Positions 52,338 to 60,721 of a stretch of 64,000 nt of DNA are shown piece after piece. Position numbers and translations under genes: made by a program. Within the stretch, counting starts at the first letter, position 1; each line of letters opens with the position of its first letter. The notes under the pieces were generated by a model that saw nothing but the letters and a program-made list of their open reading frames with translations, made no database searches and was not told the origin of the DNA. Source of the DNA: an uncultured Verrucomicrobiae bacterium (GTDB taxonomy: Bacteria > Verrucomicrobiota > Verrucomicrobiia > Chthoniobacterales > UBA10450); NCBI GenBank assembly GCA_963771865.1, contig CAVYVJ010000024.1:48757-112756 (forward strand), in the 5' to 3' direction.

Positions 52338-53568
52338 TTATCCGCCACCACACGACGGAGCGGGAGTCTGTGTTCTAAGCTGGTCATTTACCTTTTGAAT
52401 TTGCACGGCTTGAATTGCCTTAATTGCTTCCATGAGGGCTTGAATTTCCTTTTGTTGCTGCCTCGATGGTCTTTGCGTGTTTCGCAGCAGTTGACTTTAC
52501 ATCGGCCATGGCTGCTTCCTGTTCCCTCATCTTGCCTTCTTGCGCCTCCACCTTGCGGTGTTCTTTGAGGAATTCATTGAGCAGCATCGCGTTCACGGCC
52601 TCATAGCGAACCGTGTATGGTTTGCCCTGGTCGTCCCTCACCACCAGATCAGAGTTGACCTTTTCGACCTGCTCGGCGACGAGGCCAAACTGGGGAATAC
52701 CTTTCGGGTCCAACTCTTTCTTGTAACGAAAGCGCACTGGCTGTAAGGAAAGAATCGCTTCGCTCGAGTGATCCATTGGCTCGACTCCTTCCTTGTAGCG
52801 TGCTGACGAGGTGACGGTGCCAAGGTGTCCGTCGGCGCCCACCACCACGGTCACGCCGTCGGCGACGGTAGCTCCGCTGATGCCCGCAATATAAGTGGCC
52901 GTCTGAGTTTCAGGCTCGCCAATACGGATAGTGTTTGACTCGCCGGGGAGACCAGCCGCGCCGATGTCGATGTTGTTGCTTCCGGTCGCGAGCCTCCACC
53001 CTGCGTTAGACCCGAGCGCGATGTTATTGCTGCCGGTGGTGATGTTAAGTAGCGACGAATTACCATAGCCGGTGTTGTCGACGCCGGTCGTGTTATTGAA
53101 GAGAGTGTTCGTCCCACCGGCAGTGTTGCGGGCGCCAGTTGTGTTGACCTTCATCGCAAACTCGCCGATTACTGTGTTGCTGGATCCGGTTGTGGTTTCG
53201 GCGAGCGCATAAGCGCCGATCGCGGTGTTGGAGTCCGTGTGGTTGGCATTGGAGAGCGCTTGGAAACCGATGGCCGTGTTGTAGCCGCCGGCGCCAAGAC
53301 TTTCCAGTGCGTTGGCACCCACCGCCGTGTTGCCGCTCGCCTTTCGCGTTGTGGTCAATGCGTGAAAACCGATCGCGGTGTTGGACTCTCCGCTGCTCAG
53401 CTTCAAGAGAGCGTCCTCGCCTTCAGCAGTGTTGGCGTTAGGATAACCTCCGTCCGGCGGCGGGTCGACCGCGAACGCGGCTGATGTTAGCCCAAGACAG
53501 GCGGTGGCGGCATAACAGACGAGTTGGATTCGTGGATTTGGATTTTTCATAGGGTTGGTTTTCTTCAT
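52338..53568 (-). pseudogene. secreted fibre protein: NTAxG head repeats + peptidase-S74 intramolecular-chaperone domain (paralog 1); C-terminal frame break ~52445-52460
   Basis: It has a signal peptide from Met 53568 and about a dozen NTA.G..AL..NTTG repeats. These are followed by SSARYKEGVEPMD...FGLVAEQVEKV...YTVRYEAVNAMLLNEFLKEH. The coiled-coil tail continues in another frame (QQKEIQALMEAIKAIQ...) to TAA 52338-52340. Confidence 0.75.
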
Positions 53569-53658
53569 TGACGCTCCTATTGTAGCGGGATCGCTAAAGG
53601 ATGGGCATGGATAAACACGACATTCGTTGCCCGACGGTTTCTTTGATCGGCGGCCTTT

Positions 53659-53817
53659 GTTGTAGCCGGGATCGGTGATCCCGGCGGCGAGAGACTTGGC
53701 CAAGCGCCAGGCCGGCCGGGATCTGTCGCACTTGGCAACGGCTGGAGGGACGGGCTCCGTCCCGTCCGAGTCTAAAGTCGCAGAGAGAACCACGGACGGG
53801 ACAGAGCCCGTCCCTCC
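53659..53817. repeat. composite repeat: TGTAGCCGGGATC REP unit plus a second inverted pair GGAGGGACGGGCTC.GTCCCGTCC
   Basis: 53659-53685 is identical to 45287-45313, with a partial inverted unit at 53714-53730. Arms at 53745-53768 and 53794-53817 are inverted copies with 1 mismatch. Confidence 0.8.
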
Positions 53818-53845
53818 AATCGCAGACGCGAGGCGCGGAAATCGC

Positions 53846-55132
53846 CTAACGACTGATTAAACGAAGTCCTTCACTTACAATCTGCACGGTCGCCTCGATC
53901 TGGTCCGGCCGATGTGCGGTTGAGATGAAGCCGGTTTCAAACTGTGACGGCGCAAAATAAACGCCAGCGTCCAAACAGTGATTGAAGAAGAGAGCGAATT
54001 TCGCGCGGTCGCTGCGCTGCGCGCTCGCCAGATCGGTCACTGGCCCGGCGGTGAAAAAGAGGCAGAACATCGAGCCGATCCGATGAAAGGTCGACGCCAC
54101 CGCGGTTTTGCCTAACGACTCGCGTGTCGCCTGTTCGAGCTGCGCGCCGAGATTCTCGAGTTGTTTCCAACCGTCGATCCGCTCCAGCTCGCGCAATTGC
54201 GCCAGACCCGCCGCCATCGCCAGTGGATTACCGGAGAGTGTGCCGGCCTGGTAGACCGGGCCCAAAGGCGAAAGCTGATCCATGATCTCTGCGCGACCAC
54301 CGAAGGCGCCGACGGGCAAGCCGCCGCCGATGACTTTGCCGAGCGCTGTGAGATCAGGCCGCACGCCGTAGATTTCCTGGGCGCCGCCGCGCGCGACCCG
54401 AAATCCAGTCATCACTTCATCGAAAATCAGCAGCGCGCCTTCCCGAGTGCATTCCTCGCGCAACGCTTCGAGATAACCAGGCTGCGGAAAATAAAGGCCC
54501 GCGTTGGCCGGAATCGGCTCGAGAATAATTGCGGCGATTTCTTTTGCATTCGTGCGGAACGCCTCGCGCACCGCGGCGATGTCATTGAAGGGAAGCGCAA
54601 TCGTGAGATCGGCAAATTCCTGCGGCACGCCGGCGCTGTCAGGTTGGCCGTGGGTAAGTGCGCCGCTCCCCGCTTGGACAAGGAGGGAATCGACATGACC
54701 GTGATAACACCCCTCAAACTTGATAATCTTGTCGCGCTTCGTGAAACCGCGGGCGAGTCGCAAACAGGACATCGTTGCTTCGGTCCCGCTGTTGACCATC
54801 CGCACTTTTTCGATCGAAGGAACCCAGCGGCAGATCAGTTCCGCCATCTCCACCTCGAGAGGATTGGGAATGCCAAAGCTCACTCCGCGCGCGGCCGCCT
54901 CGCGAACGGCATCGATCACGACACCCGGCGCATGGCCAAGGATGGCCGGGCCCCAGGTGCCGACGTAGTCGATGTATTCCTTCCCATCGACATCCCAAAT
55001 GTTGGCGCCCGCGGCGCGCTCGACGAAAAACGGCTCGCGTCCCAGCCCGCGAAAGGCGCGGACCGGTGAGTTGACGCCACCGGGAATGCGGCGCTGGGCG
55101 CGGGCGAAGAGTTCAGAAGAGCGGACGGTCAT
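53846..55132 (-). CDS. hemL: glutamate-1-semialdehyde 2,1-aminomutase
   Basis: MTVRSSELFARAQRRIPGGVNSPVRAF... is full-length class-III aminotransferase/GSA-AM (428 aa from ATG 55132). The upstream 43 codons of the track ORF are repeat-derived. The TAG stop is inside a GCCTAACGA copy. Confidence 0.92.
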   Translation of the reverse strand: MTVRSSELFARAQRRIPGGVNSPVRAFRGLGREPFFVERAAGANIWDVDGKEYIDYVGTWGPAILGHAPGVVIDAVREAAARGVSFGIPNPLEVEMAELICRWVPSIEKVRMVNSGTEATMSCLRLARGFTKRDKIIKFEGCYHGHVDSLLVQAGSGALTHGQPDSAGVPQEFADLTIALPFNDIAAVREAFRTNAKEIAAIILEPIPANAGLYFPQPGYLEALREECTREGALLIFDEVMTGFRVARGGAQEIYGVRPDLTALGKVIGGGLPVGAFGGRAEIMDQLSPLGPVYQAGTLSGNPLAMAAGLAQLRELERIDGWKQLENLGAQLEQATRESLGKTAVASTFHRIGSMFCLFFTAGPVTDLASAQRSDRAKFALFFNHCLDAGVYFAPSQFETGFISTAHRPDQIEATVQIVSEGLRLISR

Positions 55133-55145
55133 TCGCCTAAGATTC

Positions 55146-55263
55146 AACCCCGAAAGCTTTCGGGGTTCAACATCTCTTGCTCCTGCTCGCGATCGTAATC
55201 GTAATTGTGCTCGTTTCCCATCGGTTGTTTCGATTACGAGCAAGATCATGAGCACGAGCAAGA
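55146..55263. repeat. 22-nt perfect palindrome followed by an imperfect inverted repeat
   Basis: AACCCCGAAAGCTTTCGGGGTT lies at 55146-55167. CTCTTGCTCCTGCTCGCGATCGTAATCG... (55174-55205) pairs with ...ATTACGAGCAAGATCATGAGCACGAGCAAGAG (55232-55263). Confidence 0.7.
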
Positions 55264-55323
55264 GGAACCATTCGCGTTCGTTGACACCCCCCAGGCGCGC
55301 GCCTACGCTCCGTTTCGCAATTC

Positions 55324-55395
55324 GGCGGGGTAGCCAAGTGGTAAGGTCGGGGTCTGCAAAACCTCTATTCGCGGGTTCGATTCCCGCCCCCGCCT
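55324..55395 (+). tRNA. tRNA-Cys (GCA)
   Basis: It folds as a cloverleaf: acceptor GGCGGGG/CCCCGCC, anticodon stem GGGGT/ACCTC, loop CTGCAAA (GCA), T-arm GCGGG-TTCGATT-CCCGC, an A13-A22 mismatch and a U73 discriminator typical of tRNA-Cys. CCA is not encoded. Confidence 0.9.
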
Positions 55396-55428
55396 CTCTC
55401 CTAATTTCGATTTGCGCTTTCTTTCGAA

Positions 55429-56025
55429 TTGAAAAGCACCGCCCATCGCGCTTTCGAGAAACTTCGCAAACAGATCCAGGAGGGTGGCCTCTTCCGGCCC
55501 TGGAAAGGAGCGGCTTACCGCGTCACGACGCTCGATTATCCGAGCCCGAAAAGCATTCTTCTCGGGCAGGGAAGCTTCCTCCACGGCGGGCGATGGAATG
55601 CGGTCGGCTCATTTCGCGCAGTCTACGGAAGCACCGAAGATACCGTGGCGGTCGCTGAGTCGCGCGCGACGGCCGATTACGCGGGAGTTTCATGGCCGTA
55701 TCGCACTCCTAGACTGCTGGTGGCGATCGAGCTTTCGCTCCAGGCGGTTCTCGATCTTACGGACACGTCGATTCGGACAAAACTCGGCCTGACCATGGAA
55801 GGACTGCAGGAAGAGGATTGGCGAAAGACACAGGAAAGAGGCGAGGAAAGTTTTACGCAGGCGATTGGAAGGGCGGTCTTCGCAAATGGCGGCGAAGGAC
55901 TGCTCGTTCCTTCTGCGCGGGTGCCCGCCGGAGTGAACGTTGTCTATTTCCCGGAGAACCATCGCAAGACCAGCCGGGTGACGGTTTTAGAATCAGAAAA
56001 GCTTGAGCGGGTTCGCCTGGCCTAA
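55429..56025 (+). CDS. RES-domain toxin (NAD+ phosphorylase family)
   Basis: The R-E-S signature context is present: FLHGGRWN, YGSTEDTVAVAES, LLVPSARV. The start is TTG, with no ATG available upstream. Confidence 0.75.
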   Translation: MKSTAHRAFEKLRKQIQEGGLFRPWKGAAYRVTTLDYPSPKSILLGQGSFLHGGRWNAVGSFRAVYGSTEDTVAVAESRATADYAGVSWPYRTPRLLVAIELSLQAVLDLTDTSIRTKLGLTMEGLQEEDWRKTQERGEESFTQAIGRAVFANGGEGLLVPSARVPAGVNVVYFPENHRKTSRVTVLESEKLERVRLA

Positions 56026-56091
56026 AATATTCATGTAGATTTGCATGAATAAATACTTGCATAATTGCAGACGGTCGACTATTCTTGTTCT

Positions 56092-56508
56092 ATGAAAGCG
56101 AAGAAAACCACCACCCGGAAAGCGGCGAGCACTTCAAGAGTGAAGGAGGCAGAGGCCGTTTATCATCCGGCCCTAAAAGTCGCCGAACCGGTGGCAATCG
56201 AGAAGATTGCGAACAAATTTGGATTGCGGCAGGAGACGCTCAGTCGGATGACGGGATTCTCGCTTCGTGCCGTGGCGAGCTGGAGTAGTGGAAAATCACC
56301 GTCCACACCGGTCCGCCGCGCTCTCGTCGAAATGGATCGGCTACTCGACAGCCTCGCGCGATTGATGAAACCGAAAGATGTGGGCCGTTGGTTGAAGGAG
56401 CCCAATCCTGCGTTCGATGGTTCCACGCCGGTGCAGGTGATCGAGCGCGGCCAAACCGATCGCATTTGGCGGCTGCTTTATTTTCTCGAATCCGGCGAGC
56501 CGGGTTAA
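56092..56508 (+). CDS. Xre-HTH antitoxin with DUF2384 (MbcA/ParS-type) toxin-binding domain
   Basis: It has the HTH IANKFGLRQETLSRMTGFSLRAVASW and the C-terminal WLKEPNPAFDGSTPVQVIERGQTDRIWRLLYFLESG. The start is ATG 56092. Confidence 0.75.
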   Translation: MKAKKTTTRKAASTSRVKEAEAVYHPALKVAEPVAIEKIANKFGLRQETLSRMTGFSLRAVASWSSGKSPSTPVRRALVEMDRLLDSLARLMKPKDVGRWLKEPNPAFDGSTPVQVIERGQTDRIWRLLYFLESGEPG

Positions 56509-56570
56509 GAAATGTTGTGCCCGCCGATATGGATGGCAGGCGCTTCGACAGTTGCTCCGCTGACCGACAC

Positions 56571-57737
56571 TTATTCGGCACCCGAGACAATCCCCGGCGC
56601 GGGTTGGCCGGTGGCCATCGTCGCGCTCACCTTGCGGATGACGGACGCCTGCTCCTGCAGCGCTGACTTCAACTTCGCGACACTGGACTTTAGCTCCGCG
56701 ATTTCGTCGCCTTGCTCGGCAACTCTGTGATGCTCTTTCAGGAACTCATTAAGCAACATTGCGTTCACTTCTTCATAGCGGACGGTATAGGGGTTTCCCT
56801 CCCCGTCTCGGGCCACCAGATCCGAATCAACCTTTGCCACTTGCTCGGCCACCAGGCCAAACTGCCGGCTGCCTTCGGGATCAAGCTCCTTCTTGTAGCG
56901 GAAGCTGACTGGTCGCAGCGCGAGGATCGCCTCGCTCGCTTTATCCATTGGCTTGATCGCCTCCTTGAATCGCGCCGAGGAAGCTTTGACCCCCAGTTGT
57001 CCATCGACCGTGATGCCGACTGCCACCCCGCCAGCAATTGGTGTTTCCCGAATGCCTGCAACAAAGATCGCGGTCTGGGTTCCAATGGTGCCAACGCGGG
57101 TGATCCCGGACTCTCCCGCAACCCCGGCGTTTCCGATATCGATGTTGTTATTGCCCGTGGTGAGATTTGTTCCGGCGTTAAAACCCAGGGCGGTATTGCT
57201 GCTTCCGGTTGTGTTGTGTTCGAGCGCATCGACGCCGCTGGCTGTGTTGAAGCTGCCAGTGGTGTTGCTTTGGAGCGAAGGGGCACCGCTCGCCGTGTTG
57301 CTGCTGCCGGTCGTGTTGGCAGGAAGGGCGCCCCAACTGCTGGCCGTGTTTTGGTTGCCGGTGGTGTTTTGTCCAAGCGCACCAAGACCGCTGGCCGTGT
57401 TGAAGTTGCCGGTAGTGTTAAGAAAGAGTGCGCCAACGCCGCTGGCTGTGTTTTGGTTGCCGGTGGTGTTGCTTTGGAGTGCATTAGTGCCATTGGCCGT
57501 GTTGTCGCTGCCGGCGGAATTGCTGAAAAGCGCGTGATAGCCTGCTGCGGTATTGCTCCCGCCGGTTGTGAGGCTAAAGAGCGCGGAATCACCCTCAGCC
57601 GTATTGGAGCCCGGGTAGCCTCCGTCCGGTGGTGGATTGACCGCCCGAACCGCCGGGGACAATGCAAAATAGGTGAGCGCGAGGCAAGTAGCTGCGAGAA
57701 GGTTGATTAGTTTGATTCGTCGAAATAGGTTTTTCAT
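56571..57737 (-). CDS. secreted fibre protein: NTAxG head repeats + peptidase-S74 intramolecular-chaperone domain (paralog 2)
   Basis: It has a signal peptide from Met 57737 (MKNLFRRIKLINLLAATCLAL) and NTASG..AL..NTTG repeats. These are followed by SSARFKEAIKPMD...FGLVAEQVAKV...YTVRYEEVNAMLLNEFLKEH and a coiled-coil tail. Confidence 0.8.
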   Translation of the reverse strand: MKNLFRRIKLINLLAATCLALTYFALSPAVRAVNPPPDGGYPGSNTAEGDSALFSLTTGGSNTAAGYHALFSNSAGSDNTANGTNALQSNTTGNQNTASGVGALFLNTTGNFNTASGLGALGQNTTGNQNTASSWGALPANTTGSSNTASGAPSLQSNTTGSFNTASGVDALEHNTTGSSNTALGFNAGTNLTTGNNNIDIGNAGVAGESGITRVGTIGTQTAIFVAGIRETPIAGGVAVGITVDGQLGVKASSARFKEAIKPMDKASEAILALRPVSFRYKKELDPEGSRQFGLVAEQVAKVDSDLVARDGEGNPYTVRYEEVNAMLLNEFLKEHHRVAEQGDEIAELKSSVAKLKSALQEQASVIRKVSATMATGQPAPGIVSGAE

Positions 57738-57966
57738 TGGGTTGCTCCTAACGCGCGTTGCATGAGGTTTGCGCGGACCACTTTGTTGAGCAGGATGTCT
57801 GCCCGCTCCGACCAAGAGACATGCCACCACGGCGGTGGAATGGCGCTAAGAATGTGCCGTCACTTCCAATCAAGATCATCGGCGGGATTGGACGACGTCG
57901 TGCTTCATCGCCCAATGCCGTGAACCGATCGTCGATTCTGCCGCGCTACTTTCTCGCGATGCGGGG

Positions 57967-58422
57967 ATGCATAAATTGCTCGTTAATGCGAACGTCGTGA
58001 GTCCAGCATGCGTATTACCAGTTATGAATGACCGATCGCACTCACCGCACGGAAAGATCAATCTTCACGGAAATGGCCTCGGGGTCCCCTCTCCTGAGAC
58101 GGTCGAGAAACGGGCGCGCGAAATTGCGATGATCGATGAACGCAATCCGGACGAGTTCACGGAAGAGGATTGGCACCAGGCGAAGAACGAATTGATCGGC
58201 GTGGCAGCGGACCATGCGCCGGAAGTCGCTGATGACGTGGACGAAGAATTGAGCGAGCGCGACGACATTCCCGGTGCCACCGGTCATCACACGCCCAACA
58301 GCGGCTTCGCGGAAGATACGGTGGGCGAGGAACTCGTCAGTGGCGGAATCGAGGAAGCGGCCCACGATCAGATGGTGGAAGCGCGGCGCGAGGAGTTGGA
58401 TCAGGAACGCGAGCAACGATGA
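57967..58422 (+). CDS. acidic hypothetical protein with DUF2934-like segment
   Basis: The protein is D/E-rich, and EKRAREIAMIDERNPDEFTEEDWHQAKNEL resembles DUF2934. The start is uncertain (ATG 57967 or 58024). Its stop overlaps the egtB ATG (ATGA). Confidence 0.45.
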   Translation: MHKLLVNANVVSPACVLPVMNDRSHSPHGKINLHGNGLGVPSPETVEKRAREIAMIDERNPDEFTEEDWHQAKNELIGVAADHAPEVADDVDEELSERDDIPGATGHHTPNSGFAEDTVGEELVSGGIEEAAHDQMVEARREELDQEREQR

Positions 58423-59753
58423 AGAGCGACTCGGTTATCGCTCAGCGCGATCCTGCTCCAGCGGAAGAAATTTCCGAGGGCAACGATCGGGCCGCCGACC
58501 TCCTGGCGCGTTATCGTCAGATCCGCGCATTCTCGGAGAGCCTTTGTGCGACCCTTGAACCCGAAGATTGCGTGGTCCAATCGATGCCGGACGTCAGCCC
58601 GACGAAATGGCATCTGGCCCACACCAGTTGGTTCTTCGAGACCTTCATCTTGAAGGTTTGGATGCCGGGCTACGAACCGGAGGTGCCGGAGTACGCCTAT
58701 CTTTTTAACTCCTATTACAACGCCGCTGGCAGCATGCACCGGCGCGATCTGCGCGGTTTGATCTCGCGACCGACCGTTGCGGAAGCTTATCGGTTTCGGC
58801 ACTCGATCGATGCCCACATCGAGGAACTTCTGGAAAACGCCGATGACGAATTGATCGAAGAAATCGAGCCGGTCTTCACGATCGGGCTTCATCACGAGCA
58901 ACAGCACCAGGAGCTCCTGGTCACGGACATCAAACACGTTTTTGCGCAGAATCCGCTCCATCCGGTTTTCCGGCAGCGCGACGAACGGCCGGAGCGACGA
59001 GAAGCGCCGCCCTGCGGCTTCGTCGATTTCGAAGAGGCGATTATCGAAATCGGGCACGACGGTCGCGGTTTCAGCTACGATAACGAAGGGCCGCGTCATC
59101 GCGCGCTCGTGCCCGCTTTTTCGCTCGCCACCCGGCTGGTCACGAACGGCGAATATCTCGAATTCATGAACGCGGGCGGCTACACCCGTCCGGAGTTTTG
59201 GTTGTCGTTAGGCTGGACGACCATCAACGATCCTGCCTCAGGTGGGTGGGAAGCGCCGCTCTATTGGACGAAGCGGGACGGCGTTTGGTGGAATTTTACC
59301 CTTTCGGGAATGCGACCGGTCGACGAAGCGGAGCCGGTCACGCATATCAGTCATTTCGAGGCGGACGCATTCGCCAACTGGAGCGGGGCGCGTCTCCCGA
59401 CTGAATTCGAATGGGAACGAGCCGCGATCGGCCTTCCCATCGAAGGCAACTTCGTCGATCGCGAGCGCTTTCATCCGGCGCCGGCTCCGAGTGCGCCTAA
59501 CGGAAAGCTGGAGCAAATGTATGGCGACGTTTGGGAATGGACGCGCAGCGCCTACCTCCCCTACCCCGGCTATCGCGCCGGCCCGGGCGCCCTTGGCGAG
59601 TACAACGGCAAGTTCATGAGCAACCAGATGGTGCTGCGCGGCGGTTCCTGCGCCACTTCCCAGAACCATATCCGGCCGACCTACCGCAACTTTTTCCAAC
59701 CGGAGAAACGCTGGCAATTCACCGGCATCCGGCTCGCTCGCGACGCCGGATGA
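58419..59753 (+). CDS. egtB: ergothioneine biosynthesis sulfoxide synthase EgtB
   Basis: It has a DinB_2 N-domain with iron ligands (WHLAHTSWFFE, GLHHEQQHQEL) and an FGE-sulfatase-like C-domain (YGDVWEWT, VLRGGSCAT). Confidence 0.88.
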   Translation: MKSDSVIAQRDPAPAEEISEGNDRAADLLARYRQIRAFSESLCATLEPEDCVVQSMPDVSPTKWHLAHTSWFFETFILKVWMPGYEPEVPEYAYLFNSYYNAAGSMHRRDLRGLISRPTVAEAYRFRHSIDAHIEELLENADDELIEEIEPVFTIGLHHEQQHQELLVTDIKHVFAQNPLHPVFRQRDERPERREAPPCGFVDFEEAIIEIGHDGRGFSYDNEGPRHRALVPAFSLATRLVTNGEYLEFMNAGGYTRPEFWLSLGWTTINDPASGGWEAPLYWTKRDGVWWNFTLSGMRPVDEAEPVTHISHFEADAFANWSGARLPTEFEWERAAIGLPIEGNFVDRERFHPAPAPSAPNGKLEQMYGDVWEWTRSAYLPYPGYRAGPGALGEYNGKFMSNQMVLRGGSCATSQNHIRPTYRNFFQPEKRWQFTGIRLARDAG

Positions 59754-60721
59754 AGCGCTCATCCGGCGCAGTCCCGGTTCTCGATCTCGAACCGGACGCC
59801 TCCGATTTTCTCGCGCAGGCTATCGCGGGTTTGTCCAGCTCGCCGCGTACTTTGCCGAGCAAATTCTTCTACGACGAGCGCGGCTCCGATCTCTTCCAGG
59901 AAATCTGCGAGCTGCCCGAATATTACGTCACCCGCACCGAGACTGAGATCCTGCGGCGTCATGCGCCGGAAATGGCCGCCTCGATCGGCGAAAATGCCGA
60001 GCTGGTCGGGTTCGGCACCGGCGCGGGAGTGAAGACGCGCATGTTGCTCGAGCACTTGAAAGATTTGATCGCTTATGTGCCGGTCGACATTTCCAAACAG
60101 CGCCTGACGGAATCAGCCGAGGCCCTGAGCCGCGAAATACCGGCGCTCGAAATCCTGCCGGTCTGCGCGGATTATCTGCAACCGTTTGAGCTGCCAACGC
60201 CGTCGCGCCAGCCCGCGCACATCGCCGTCTATTTTCCGGGCTCGACGATTGGCAACATGGAGCCGCATATCGCGCGTAATTTTCTCGGGCGCGTTTCCCG
60301 TCTCTGCGGACACAGCGGCGGACTCATCATCGGCGTCGACTTGCAGAAATCGAGGGAGGTTTTGGAGGCAGCTTACAACGACAGCGCCGGCGTGACCGCA
60401 GCCTTCAATCTCAACATGCTGGAACGCGCCAACCGCGAACTGGGAGCCGATTTCGATCTTTCGCAGTGGCGGCACCGCGCCATCTACAACGAAGAGGCGC
60501 ACCGCATCGAGATGCATCTGATCAGCGAGCGGGCGCAAACTGTGAATCTTGGCGACCGCGAATTTCATTTTGCCCCGGGCGAAAAGATCATCACGGAATT
60601 CTCCTACAAACACACCATCGAAGGCTTTAGCGCGCTCGCCGCTTCCGCGGGGTTTCAGGTCGCCCGGGTCTGGACCGATCCGGCCAAGCTCTTCGCTGTT
60701 TTCCACTTCACGACGTTGTAG
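59750..60721 (+). CDS. egtD: L-histidine N(alpha)-methyltransferase EgtD
   Basis: PSKFFYDERGSDLFQEICELPEYYVTRTE and ELVGFGTGAGVKTR are present. Its ATG overlaps the egtB stop (ATGA). Its TAG stop lies in a TTGTAGC REP head. Confidence 0.88.
   Translation: MKRSSGAVPVLDLEPDASDFLAQAIAGLSSSPRTLPSKFFYDERGSDLFQEICELPEYYVTRTETEILRRHAPEMAASIGENAELVGFGTGAGVKTRMLLEHLKDLIAYVPVDISKQRLTESAEALSREIPALEILPVCADYLQPFELPTPSRQPAHIAVYFPGSTIGNMEPHIARNFLGRVSRLCGHSGGLIIGVDLQKSREVLEAAYNDSAGVTAAFNLNMLERANRELGADFDLSQWRHRAIYNEEAHRIEMHLISERAQTVNLGDREFHFAPGEKIITEFSYKHTIEGFSALAASAGFQVARVWTDPAKLFAVFHFTTL

Noticed and set aside
53568-53793. N-terminal extensions of several track ORFs: 52420..53793, 53846..55261, 9759..11624, 49247..49990, 56571..57830, 36942..37985, 16176..16481 and 31940..32368.
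   Set aside because: The extensions are translations of repeat elements or upstream spacers (GITDPGYN, GTEPVPP, LVLMILLVIE, SLSALRRIGMT). Conserved N-termini or signal peptides begin at internal Met codons.
44206-53843. Using absence of the exact 9-mer (only one copy, at 47171, in this stretch) as evidence that the accessory block was horizontally acquired.
   Set aside because: An equally long gap free of exact copies (11803-20039) lies in core DNA, including ribosomal genes. Motif gaps at this scale are therefore not informative within a single window.
55324-57737. A prophage or integrative island at tRNA-Cys, suggested by the tail-fibre-like genes and the TA module.
   Set aside because: There is no integrase, no phage structural or replication genes, and no duplicated tRNA 3' segment that I could find. 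hemL, a core gene, lies between the two fibre genes.
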